Assembly: GCA_001724265.1 (NCBI GenBank)
Contig: MEDY01000033.1
Span: 124,001 to 188,000, forward strand
Length of the DNA stretch: 64,000 nucleotides
Direction: 5' to 3'
Origin: Rhizaria sp. SCN 62-66
Taxonomy: Eukaryota
Shown one piece after another: positions 47,035-58,075 of the stretch (the first letter of the stretch is position 1; every line of letters starts with the position of its first letter). The notes under the pieces are model-generated. The model saw only the letters and a program-made list of their open reading frames with translations. It had not been told where the DNA came from and ran no database searches. The translations under genes were made by a program, and so were the position numbers.

Positions 47035-48089
47035 GGTCGCGGCCCAGGACGTGCACAGGGCAAGGATCTAGGTGCTCATTTGTCGCGGTGTGTATGAACT
47101 TAGGAAGCAAGCTCAAAGTGAGCTTGGCCTATCAGGAGTGAGTGGGTGAATGGATTAGGTTAAACAAGACTCATAAGGTGAGAGTGCGTTATTAACCCAA
47201 GCAAGCAGTTCGAATTTGTGGTAAAACTGTACTTTAACGCCTAAAGTAGTGCGTACGGAAAGGCTTCATTCACACGCTTGACAGCGCGAGATACGCGTGC
47301 GAGGGCCCAACTTATGTGAAGAATATCGCAATGCAGAGCGATGAAGGGAGGTATGACGTTGATAGAGGGTTTTTGAAAAAACAGTATATACCCAGGCCAT
47401 CAAGTTAAATCAAGATAACAGCGAGTCAGTGGGTGTAGAAAGTGAGAAAAATGAAGCGGCGTGTGGCGCTGTCTCTTTTCTGTCGGTCTCGGTTCACGTC
47501 AAAAAGTGATTTGTGGTGGAGTTGAATTAGTCATGTATTTGGCTCACAGGATAAGCTTTGTAGCTACTGTGGCCCGATTAAATATAAATTAGTTTGATCT
47601 TATATAAAATAGCGCGCCAATAAAGACGCTTTCATCTTGTCAACCCCTCATCTCTCGCACATGTACTGCTCGCAGCTCAGTAGAGTGACAGAAACAGTGA
47701 CACGCATAGATAAGTTTCCAGGTTTGACAGAATAGATCACAAAAACAGTTAACTAACACGAGGCTAGTCGTGCTACATCCAAGCACAGTCACATCAAGAC
47801 TTGGTAGCAAGATCAATTTCACAGACAATCCGTTTCACCGTTTGGTGATGGATGCTATTGTGATCAACGGTTGTGTCACATGCGCGTTTGTCTGAAGTAT
47901 CGTTTCGTTCTTGTTATTAATTGCAGGTATAGCCTCAGATCACAAAATAAAAGAAAACCTTCCATCCAACTGTAATACACAATACAAATTAGACAATATT
48001 CTCACGCAATGAGCTCCATGTGTAATGCAATAAATCACCACTGATGCCAGATCACTCTGTCTGATTCAGCCCCAACTGTAGCGACAGCT

Positions 48090-50018
48090 TCAGCCAAACT
48101 TGCGGATGGCGTCACTGAGGTCCATCGACGACTTGAACTCGCTATTCCCGCCCCTGTTGCCGTTCGCAGCATTGTTGCTTCCGCCGTCACCGGCTCCTCC
48201 ACTAGCGTCACCGGTACCCGTGCTGCTAGCGCCAACTGCGCTCCCACCGCTGCCGCTGCCACCGCTGCCGCCATTGCCGCCGCTGGTCGCGTCGTCGTGG
48301 GTGTACTGGCGGACGCCGCCGCCGCCGCCGCCGCCGCTGCTGAACATGTGGCTCTGGCGCGCCGTGGGGCGGGCGGGCCGCTGGTGGCCGTGGCTGTGCG
48401 CGTGAGCCACTACACCCAACGCCGCCGCGGCCTCGCGCGCGTCCGCGTACAGCTCGACCTTGTGCTTGAATGGCATCGCCTCCAGCACAGAGCCCTGCAA
48501 GAGAGCGAAACAAAAGGATGACAAGTTGATGTGATGTGAGATAACGATACAAAAGCCGAGATATATCGCCAATATAAGGAGGTATACACACATAAATTGA
48601 AAAGTATATTAACCTTCACGATATACATATCATTTCCATAAATCATATTAAATGAGGGTGATATGCCTAAGATTTGCGCAATTTTAGTGTTTTGTGTGTA
48701 AGTTTAGACGTACGTCGAGCACGGTCCCGTGCAGGGTCTCGAGCGCCTTGTTGTAGGCCTCCTCGGTGTGGAAGCGAACAATCGCGTTCAGAGTGCCGCC
48801 GTCGAAGCCGCGCGGGCGGAACACGCGCACGAACGCGACCTCGCCGATGGTCTTGGCGACATCCTTGACTTCCTGCCAAGCGCAGTGCGGCGGCACGTTA
48901 CTGAGGAGCACGGCGTACTTGCGCTCGTCGAGCGGCACGCCCGAAAGCTTGGGCGCCTGCGCCTGGCGCATCAGCTTCTCCAACTGCACCACGGGCGGTG
49001 GCGCGTAGAGTTGCGCGCTCAGCACGAAGCCCGCGCCGTCGCCGTCGTCGATGTCGGCGAAGCTATCAAACACACTGGCGCTACGGGCGCCGGTGCCGTT
49101 GCTGTTGTTGTTGTTGTTGGCACGGAAGCGGGCGCCGTCGAGCGCGCGCTTGGCGGCCGAGGCGAGCTCGAGACTGGGGCACTCGATCACGGCACTCGCC
49201 ACCGCATTCCCAGAGGCAGAGGCAGAGGCAGAGGCAGTGGCAGAGTCGGTGGCGGCGGAGGCGGAAGCCGAGACAGGGACGGGGGGGTTGACGCGGACGT
49301 GGGTAATCTGCGGGACGAATGAGCGGCAGAAGTCCTCTAGCTCGCGCGCGCTGACGTTGTTGGGCAGCTGTGTGACGAGCACGAAGGAGGACTTGGCCAT
49401 CGTGGTCGCCGCGGCCGCCGTGGCAGACAGGCGCGGGCGCCGGCGGATGACCGGTGCCACAGACTGGACCTGGGACTGGGGCGGCTGCGACGACGATGAC
49501 GAGCTGGAGCTCGCAGTGTAACTAGAACTAGAACTAGAGCTAGAACTTGAGCTAGAGCTCGAGCTCGAGCTGTAGTAGGAGCGGGGGGCAGAGGCCGGGC
49601 AGGGGGGCAGCGGGGCAAACGCGCCCGCGAACGGGCCGGCCGCCGTGGCCGCCGCCGCAGCAACAGCGGGGCCGAGCGCGGCAGAGCTGCTGACGCTGCC
49701 GCTTCCCAGAGCGCCGTAGCTGCTTGCGAGGCAAGTGAATTGACGCGCCGGGACAGCGGCGGTGGCGGCGGCGCCAGAGCGGCCCGTAGCCGCGTAGGCG
49801 GGCGAAACAGAGGCCGCAGCGGCAACCGGGGCGGCGGACAGGGCCGCGCGGGGCGCAGTGAGCGAGGGAGCGGCGCTGCGGGGGTTCAGAGTGACCGTGG
49901 TCGCAGAGCTGAAGGGCGCCGCGGCAGAGGGGCCAGCGCCGGCTGGGAGGGCGGCGCGCAAGGGCTGCGCAATTGCGGTCAGCGGCGAGGCAAGTTTAGT
50001 CGCCAGACGCCTCCGCAT
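48090..50018 (-). CDS. Two-RRM RNA-binding protein with an Arg/Ala/Ser-rich presequence-like N-terminus; 2 exons, ~569 aa
   Basis: complement(join(48090..48494,48714..50018)); intron gtacgt...tgcag, phase 0. RRM1: FVLVTQLPNNVSARELEDF...AVIECPSLELASAAKRALDGARF. RRM2: VLLSNVPPHCAWQEVKDVAKTIGEVAFVRV...AIVRFHTEEAYNKALETLHGTVLDGSVL. Confidence 0.82.
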
Positions 50019-50525
50019 GCGGATCTACGGGTGGTTAGGGACGAGGAAATGAAGCAGGGAGGGATGAGCGTGAGCGAGTGAGAGATGGCGAGACGAAAGC
50101 GTTAACTTGACTGTCTTGAAGAGCAAGAATATAACCAGGGTCTCCGTTAATAGAGACCCGCGTAACAAAAATATGTTGCCGTTGCAAAATACAACCCTGC
50201 AATAAGTAATTTGTTTCTCCCAGCACCGTCGGAGGTCTATGGGACGCTACTAGCAACTCGATCGTCGTCTTCCCAGTTTGCGGGCGGCTCGCGCAAAGTG
50301 ACCGTGCGCACTTCCAGTCGACCTCTCGTCTGACTGGTGGGAAGCTCTGACACCAATCTCCACAACGAGCGTTGACTGTCTTCACATCGTCCAATAGCGC
50401 TGAGGTTTGGATATGGTATACTAAGCTCGTTTTTAAATACTAACCTTTGATTATATCTCTTATGTCATCTGTTAACCCGTACAACTCCCATTTCATGTCT
50501 CCGCCGCCGTCCTCTCCAGCGGCCC

Positions 50526-53163
50526 ATGCACTCGGCCCGCGCCCTCGCCCGCGCCTCCCAGGCCGCACGCTCGCCTCTGACGCGCCTCCAGGCGCGTCTC
50601 TACGGCCCCACACTGCCCCCACCGGTGTCCGCAGTTGCGCTCCGTGCTACCTCGTCCTGCTCATCGTCATCTGCCACCGCTGCTTCGAGTGCTGCTGCTT
50701 CTCCTGCTGCCACAGCCTCGTCATCTCGCCTGCAGCAGCAGATGCTCCCGCCACACACGGTCCCCGGCCGCCGCGTGGTGATCACCGGTATTGGCGTCGT
50801 CTCCTCGCTTGGCTGCGACCTTGGCCGTGTATACAAGTCGCTCTTAGAGGGCCGCAGCGCCGTCGCCGCCCTCTCGGACCCCGCGGTGACGGGGCTCAAC
50901 CTGAGCGTCAAAGTCGCCGCGCCCGTGACGGACCCGGCGCCCGCGGCCGCGGTCGCGGCCTCGCTGCGCTCACAACTCTCCCGGTTTGAGGTCTTCGCGA
51001 TCGCGGCCTCGGACGCGGCGCTGCGCGACGCCTCACTTATCACCACCCCCCAGAGCAACAACAGCAACAGCAACAGCAGCAGCGACACTACCCCCACCAC
51101 GGTCACGACTGATAGCGCAGACAGCGCCACAGCTGGGAGCACGTCACCACGCTCGCCCCCTGCTCTGTCCGTGCCCGCCTTGCTCGCGCCCGCGCCGGCC
51201 GCGCCCTACGCGCTAACCGAGGCAGACCGCGACCTCGCCGGAGTCGCCATCGGATCCGGCATCGGCTGCGTCGAGGAGACTGCCACCGCCGGTCGTCTCC
51301 TCACTCAAGAAGGCAAGGGCGCGCGCCGCCTGTCGCCCTACACGCTGCCGCGCATGCTGGCGAACCTGGCGGCTGGGCAGGTGTCGATCCGACACGGGCT
51401 GCGCGGCCCCAACCACTGCGTTTCGACGGCCTGCACGACCGGCGCGCACGCCGTCGGCGACGCGTACCGCTTCATCAAGTACGCTTTGCTTCGTATATCT
51501 CCGCGATATGTGCGGTTTATTTATCAACATTTCACAGAACTGGACAAACTAGTTTATATTCGCTCGCAAAGTCTCACTTCAACACATTGTCCTAATCTAC
51601 GTTATCCTAATCTACGTTCACCTGCATTTGTTCTGCTTTGCTCCGCGCAGGTACGGCGACGCGGACGTGATGCTTGCGGGCGGCACCGAGGAGGGCGTGT
51701 CCCCGCTCTCTCTCGCGCTTTTCTCCCGCATCTTGGCCCTCTCGACGCAGGCGGACCCCGCGAAAGCGTCGCGCCCGTTCGCGGCCGCGCGCGACGGCTT
51801 CGTCATGGGCGAGGGCGCCGCCGTGCTGGTGCTTGAGGACGAGGCGCGGGCGCGCGCGCGCGGGGCGCGCGTCTACGCAGAGGTACGCACGCGCGGGACT
51901 CGTGATGCCCTCACTCACTCGCAATTGTTTTAACAGAGTCGTTTTTCGATTGTTACCTGTAATATTACGTCATTGTCATATATAGGATAAGCTCACGTCA
52001 GTTTTGTTTGTTGCAATTGATTTTTTCCCCTGACGGCTTGACTTTAGATCGTGGGCTACGGCCTCTCCGGCGACGCGTACCACATCACCTCGCCGCCCGC
52101 AGACGGCCGTGGCGCCGCGGCGTGCATGCGCGCGGCGCTGCGCAGCGCCGGTACGTGTCCTAACTGAATACTGAACTGACAAGCAGCGTGCAATTTGGAA
52201 AATAATATTAAATTGCGGACTTGTTGATTGGAATTCAATCAAATCCCTTAGTCTTGTCTGAAACTTTCACGAATACTATTTTTTTCTTACCCCTATTTTC
52301 CCTGTGTATCTAACTTGCAATTCATATCAACATTGTTATTCCTTACCTGCAGGCGTGTCCCCGAGCCAGGTCGACTACGTCAACGCCCACGCCACCTCCA
52401 CCCCACTGGGCGACCGCGCCGAGGCTGCTGCGCTGCGCAGCGTCTTCTACCCCAATAGCACCACCAGCAATGCCTGCACCAATAACAATGACAACGCTGA
52501 GAGCATCAACAGTGATACTGCGACTGCAGCGGATGCGGAGACTGCGCCTGGGCCTGCGACTGTGGGCTTCGACGCAAATGCTGAGTCAGCGATCGACATG
52601 ACTCCCGTGCCGCTGATCTCGTCCACCAAGGGCGCGGTTGGCCACATGCTCGGCGCCGCGGGGGCCTTCGAGGCCGCGGTCGTCGCTCTCGCGGTGCATA
52701 CGTACGTTTAGGATCACGCATCTATCACCTCAGAAATAGTTTAATTCTCTGCTGAATTCTGTTCCACATCTTTTTCAATAACTGCTTTATTTTTGATGCT
52801 CTACAACGTCAATTTCACTGATATCCCCACACTTTTTGTTCGCTTTATGTCGCTTTCTTGCTGTCTCACAGCGACCGTGCGCCGCCGACGACTGTGAGCA
52901 GCACCGAGGTCGACGGCTGCTTCTCCGGCCTGCGCATCCTGACCCAGGACAACTGCAACGCGCTTGCCGCGCGCCGTCAGGAGGAGAAGACTGCCCACGG
53001 TCTCTCCAGTGCTGCCCACAGTCACTCAGCGGCTGCCCACAGTCAGTCGATTGCAGCAACGAACAACAGGGAGAAGAAGCTGACGATTGACTATGCGCTG
53101 AGCAACTCGTTCGCGTTTGGCGGCAGCAACGCCTCTATTCTGATGAAGAAGTACACCCCGTGA
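50526..53163 (+). CDS. OXSM: Mitochondrial 3-oxoacyl-ACP synthase (KAS II type, OXSM/CEM1), 5 exons, ~642 aa
   Basis: join(50526..51478,51651..51882,52048..52150,52353..52701,52872..53163); phases 2,0,1,2 are consistent. Motifs [27 protein letters not shown] (catalytic Cys), SRPF...[19 protein letters not shown] (His), [14 protein letters not shown] (His), [12 protein letters not shown]; the N-terminus is Arg/Ser-rich and acid-free. Confidence 0.93.
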
Positions 53164-54302
53164 GCCGTGCCAGCGATGATGGGTGTGCGACATACGTGTG
53201 ACGCACGACATTTTACATAAAAGCATGTGAGACGGTGACTAAGACGGCCGCGGTGTATCCCTTATGTAAAATTTCGCGCGTAACAATACGCAGTCGCAGT
53301 CCCGAGCAACGATAGGCTTTCATGTGTGTCAAATGCACGGACTTAAGGGCCAAACAAGAAAACACGTGTTTTTTTTGGACTTGGAAAGCGTTTGCGCATG
53401 CTAAGCACATATTATTTATTATTCATATTAACATGTACATGGACAATACATCATGTCTGTTTATGTCAGCTAATTGGTTCATCACTGTCGTCTGTGTTGC
53501 AATGTGTTGATGTCATTCGATGCGATAACGCGTAAGAAAGTTTCAAGTTTCGATTAAGAAAGTTTTAAGTTTAATCGAGGTTGATTTATTTTTGAAGTAC
53601 ATTTGCTTTCTTATTGGTGCTGGTGTCGCCTAGACACTAACACCGTTTATACTGACGTATCATAAACTGAACTAAATGTAAGAACCAAGGAGGAGAGAGA
53701 CGAACGGCGAAACAAGTCTCGATCACAGGTTAACTATTATAAAGTTATACAAGAGAACACATGTTTTGACACACATGGCTCCATAAAGCGTACCATAACG
53801 TATGAAGCTAAAACACCGAGGAATGTGACAACAGCTACGATGGAGTCGAGGGGCTTGTTGTTGTTCGTTGTCACTTATAATGGATGCGTATACGATGTTG
53901 TCGTTTGATGCTTGTCACTAAGTTGTTCAGATTTCCCTCCGCAGGTTGTTGCGATGAGCTAAGGCACGCAAATCATGTACCTTATGCACAGCACGCCAAC
54001 ACTCACGCGTTGTCGAGCTTCACTGACAACAATGGCCAGCCAAGCAAATACAAAACACACAAAGACAAGAGAAAGAGAAACTACGCACGCTCTGTCGACG
54101 CGCACACATGAAACTGATCCTGAACATTTTTAAAGACAGACAACCGTTCGAGTTTTAAAACAAACCACACAGACAGAAACACAATACAACTCTCACGGGC
54201 AGGAGCAAAGGAGCAACGCCCACACGGATTGCGGCTAATGACGACTCGACTCGACTCGACTGGGACTGGACTGGGGCATTTGACAGTGATACGCGGGGTG
54301 CC

Positions 54303-56228
54303 TCACCACTCGCCGTCGCCGCCCATCTCGTCCAGGTCCAGCCCCGCCAGCGGGTTCGTAGTCCCGTTGCCGTTGCCGCTTGTGGCCGTAGTGGAGCCGA
54401 TGCGAGCGAGCTCGACGTCTTTGCCGCCGCTGCCGCCGCTGCTGCTGACGCCCGAGCCAGACTTGCCCTTGCTGCCGCCGGCTCCAGCCGCCGCCGCCGC
54501 CCCGGTCGGTGCACCGCTGCGGCCGCCGCCTGCGGCGCGCCTGCTGCTGTAACCTCCCGCCCCGATCTGTCCCTGCCCATGGCTGCCGTGGCCGTGGCCG
54601 TGGCCACCGTGGCCGGCGCTGCTGTTGCTGGCGGCGGCAAGCGCGGAGAGCAGCGCGGGGTCCGCGGCGCCGAGCGCGAGCGCGCTGAAGTCGTTGCCCG
54701 ACAGCGAAACCGTCTCGGCGTCGGCCGACAGGTGCACCTCGAGCACTTCGTTGGCGTTGTTGTTGTTGCCGTTGGCGTTGTTGGTATGGGCGCCCGGGAC
54801 GGCCGAGAGGGGGCCGCCGTCGCCGAGCCCGCCAAGGCCGCCGCCGCCGCCGCCAACGGGGTAGTTCAGGTAGCCGGGGTACCCGCCATCGGCGAACGGG
54901 TCCGGCGAGGGCGTGTTACCAGTGTAATAAGCGTTATGCCCCCCGTTGGCCGCCGCAGCCACCGCCGCGTTGCCGCCGCCGCTGTTGTTGCTGCCTGCGC
55001 CGGGGGTCGTGGTGCCGCCGTACGCGCCGTAGCCGTAGCCGCCGCCGTAGCCGTTGCCTGGGTACCCGGGTCCCGGATAAGACGGCGAGTACGACGAATA
55101 AGGCACGCCTCCGGCGGCGCCAGCAGCGTTGGCGTTGGCGTTGGCGTTGGAGCCCGGGGAGGGAGACGGGGAGACGCTGTTAGTGTTGCTGCGCGCGCTG
55201 TTGCTGCCGTTGTTCGCGCCAGCGCTGTTGTTGGCGGTTCTGTTGGAGCCGGAGCCGGAGCCGGAGCCGGATGCGGAGCCGGAGGCGCTGCCAGACCGGC
55301 CGGCCGCGGCAGCTGCGGCGGCGGCGGCGGTCGAGTTGTCGGAGCTCAGCGCCACCGGCAGCACGGGCCCTGGCGTCGTGCGCGCCGCGGAGCCGGTCGC
55401 CCCGGCCCCGGCGCCGGCGCCGGCAGCGGCGGCGGGTCCCGGGCTGGCGGGGGAGGCGGCGCGGGAGGTGGAGCCGGCTGCGGCGCCAGCGGCGGCTCCA
55501 GACGGCGAGGCGGCGCCCGAGCCGGAGCCTGAGGTTGAGGCGCCTGAGCCGGTGCTCGAGCCTGCGGCGGCTGCGGCGGCGGCTGCGGCGTCCGCGGGCG
55601 CGACGGCGTCGCCGGAGGTGGAGACGGTGCGTTGGAGCACGGGCGCGGGAGGCGAGAACTTGAACGCCTTGAAGGCGGCCATGTGCGAGACGTCGTTGCG
55701 CGCCTGCTCGGGGTCGCGCAGCATCTTCTGGAAGACGGGCCGCAGCTCCTCAAGCTTGGCGGCAAACGAGGAGGTGAACTGCTCGATGAGGAGGCGCACC
55801 AGGCGGCGCGGGTCCTCGGTCACGGCGTCGGGGGTGAGGAAAACGGCCGCGATCACGTGGTTGTTGTGTCCGCACCACATCTCCATCGAGATCGACCGGA
55901 TCGACTGTAGCGAGCGCTGCCGCAGCGCCGCAATGGGAGCCGTGCCGCCGCGGCCCGGCGGCTGGCGCGCCACGAGCGACGACAGGCCCATGGGGTTGCG
56001 CGTCGAGGTCGAGTAGTTGTACCGCTTCTTGGGCTTGCGGGCGACCTCGGTCGAGGTCTCGAAGGCCACGCGCACGACTTGGGTCTCGCCTAGAGTCTTG
56101 GCAAAGTGGTAAAAGAGGTGGATGATTTTGGCAGGAGTGCTGGGACTCAGCTCGTCGTCTTTCCATTGCCACACTTTGTCGACAAGTGGGCACCCGCTGA
56201 TGCGGTCGACGATTGTAATACGCTGCAT
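54303..56228 (-). CDS. Longin-like domain protein with a long Gly/Ala/Asn/Tyr-rich disordered tail, 641 aa
   Basis: Single ORF with coding-type codon use. The N-terminal ~190 aa (MQRITIVDRISGCPLVDKVW...IIHLFYHFAKTL...VVRVAF...HVIAAVFL...RLVRLLIEQFTSSF) fit a beta-beta-alpha-beta-beta-beta-alpha longin order. The fold call is inference. Confidence 0.6.
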   Translation of the reverse strand: MQRITIVDRISGCPLVDKVWQWKDDELSPSTPAKIIHLFYHFAKTLGETQVVRVAFETSTEVARKPKKRYNYSTSTRNPMGLSSLVARQPPGRGGTAPIAALRQRSLQSIRSISMEMWCGHNNHVIAAVFLTPDAVTEDPRRLVRLLIEQFTSSFAAKLEELRPVFQKMLRDPEQARNDVSHMAAFKAFKFSPPAPVLQRTVSTSGDAVAPADAAAAAAAAAGSSTGSGASTSGSGSGAASPSGAAAGAAAGSTSRAASPASPGPAAAAGAGAGAGATGSAARTTPGPVLPVALSSDNSTAAAAAAAAAGRSGSASGSASGSGSGSGSNRTANNSAGANNGSNSARSNTNSVSPSPSPGSNANANANAAGAAGGVPYSSYSPSYPGPGYPGNGYGGGYGYGAYGGTTTPGAGSNNSGGGNAAVAAAANGGHNAYYTGNTPSPDPFADGGYPGYLNYPVGGGGGGLGGLGDGGPLSAVPGAHTNNANGNNNNANEVLEVHLSADAETVSLSGNDFSALALGAADPALLSALAAASNSSAGHGGHGHGHGSHGQGQIGAGGYSSRRAAGGGRSGAPTGAAAAAGAGGSKGKSGSGVSSSGGSGGKDVELARIGSTTATSGNGNGTTNPLAGLDLDEMGGDGEW

Positions 56229-56819
56229 GCGCCGCTGCTGAGAGCGTGCAGACTTAACCGCACGAATAAACGATACCGGGCAAAAACGAGCAAAGCGTTT
56301 CTAACACCGCTGTCGGAAGCTATTCGGCACGGATCAACAAATTTAAACACTCACGAATTGAAATCATCTCCCGCCCAGGCCACATTTTTCGGTCCGTCCA
56401 GAATCTCCGGTCAAAACGGCCGGATTTCACCTTTAACGAAGGAGTAGTTACGTTGAGTTTTCTCCATTTAGTCTATTTCTTGTATATGTTACGAAAACAC
56501 ATTATTTACATGATAAAACTTTGAATTTATTCGTGTATTCAAGTCTTACATGTGGCCCAGGGACATCTTAACAACACTACCACGCACGCGCACCCTCGCT
56601 TTCTCGTGCCCATAAAGGCTATTGGGACGCAATGATCGCGTAATGCTGCGTCGACTGGCAAGACTGTTAAGAGTTAAACTATAGTAACGATTGGTGGACA
56701 GTGAGCCTGACAATGGAGATGCGCTTGTGACAGTGCAGCTCTTGTTGCAGTCATGCTGTCTGGTGAGTTGAAAAGCTCGATTAGAGCGAAGGACGAAGTA
56801 ACTTCAACGTCTCTGTCTC

Positions 56820-57606
56820 TCACAGCTTAAGCTTGGCATCAACCTCCTTAGCGAGCTCATCACCCTCGGCAGCAGCAGCCTCAGCAGCAGGGGCCGCCTC
56901 AGTCGAGGCATCAGCGTCAGCGTCATCCTCAGCGTCGGCGTCGGCGTCAGCCTCGGCCTCGGTCTCGGGGAGGTCCTCAGCGCGCTCGTCGTTGGGGTCG
57001 GCCTCCTCCTGGGGCATCGAGTCGAGGGCCTTGGCGGAGTCGTGCTTCAGCAGCATAGTGATGACCTGCATCGGGCGACAGACAGAGGCCGAATAGCAGA
57101 GAAGAGCGAGAGAAGGGAAGAGTGAGAGTGAGCGAGAGCATGGGACGGCAAGCGATGCAGAGTGATATAAAGTAGAAAGCTAGAGCAATGAAAGTGGATT
57201 GTTGACGTACGTCCTGGTTGTCGGTGTCATATGCAGTAGAAAGCAACGACATTCCGGTCTCGGGCTTCTTGAGCACGTCAATTTGAGTGGTGAACTGCTC
57301 CAGCAGGTAGGCCACAGCCTCAGTCTGCTTGTTGAGCACGGCCCACATCAGCGGGCCCGCGCCGATATTGTTCTCGATATACTTCGCGCCGCGCGAGACG
57401 AGGTACTTCATGATGTCGACATGGCCGTTGGCGGCAGCCTTGTGCAGGGCGGTGGAGCCCGCGGCGTCGAGGTGGTTGTAGTTGACCATGGGGCCCGTGT
57501 CGTCGCCCTCGCACATCAGCCGCAGGTCGTCGAGCTCGCCGTACCGCGCGCATGCATGCAGCTCCTCGTCAACCTGGGTCTGCGTCACTGCCTCTTCCTC
57601 AGACAT
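56820..57606 (-). CDS. YAR1: Small ankyrin-repeat protein with acidic tail, Yar1-like; 2 exons, ~213 aa
   Basis: complement(join(56820..57065,57211..57606)); intron gtacgt...tgcag, phase 0. ELHACARYGELDDL...GSTALHKAAANGHVDIMKYLV...GPLMWAVLNKQTEAVAYLL plus an acidic C-terminus match the Yar1 layout; orthology is less certain than the ankyrin call. Confidence 0.7.
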
Positions 57607-57738
57607 TATTACTTCTGACGATGTGGTTGTCGTGTATCAGTGAAATTTAATTCACCCTTCACCTCGTCTCTTGCCTCCGCAAAACTCGCGGTTCGCGAAA
57701 AAAGTGTCCCAATGACCGTGAGCCGCCATCTGCGATCG

Positions 57739-57757
57739 AGCCGTTAGAGCCGTTGTG
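57739..57757 (-). promoter_or_regulatory. Tandem MSA-like (AACGG, MYB-binding) elements in the YAR1/KNL1 divergent promoter
   Basis: + strand agccgttagagccgttgtg reads TCTAACGGCT and CACAACGGCT on the - strand; the first is an exact YCYAACGGYY match. Confidence 0.4.
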
Positions 57758-57896
57758 GCTTGGAGTGAGAGCTGACGGCGAGGTCATATTTCACTTGTGT
57801 TTGATCTGGTATCTTACGTACTCGAACTAATTCATTAATATGAGTTTACGTCGTGCGTCTGTGCCATTTGCGGATAGAGGCGAGAACGCCGTGACG

Positions 57897-58045
57897 GTAC
57901 GTATCCCTTGCTATGTTTGAATTTTAATCCCTCCACACTCCCTCCAACTTGCTCCACCCAAATCCTGCCGTTTGCGTATGCTCTGATCCAAACTCAACAG
58001 ATTCATATCTGATTTTTCTTGCATATGCTTGCCTATATATTTTAG
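57897..58045 (+). other. Probable 5'-UTR intron of the KNL1-like gene
   Basis: gtacgt donor (the dominant donor in this window) ... ttttag acceptor, 149 nt, ending 30 nt before the ATG at 58076. Confidence 0.45.
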
Positions 58046-58075
58046 AATGTGCGCGGCAGCCTTGCATCTCACCGT

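Noticed and set aside
47670-47700. tRNA A-box-like GCAGCTCAGTAGAG
   Set aside because: No B-box or cloverleaf follows.
57916-57921. CHR-like TTTGAA before KNL1
   Set aside because: A single common hexamer that falls inside the probable 5'-UTR intron.
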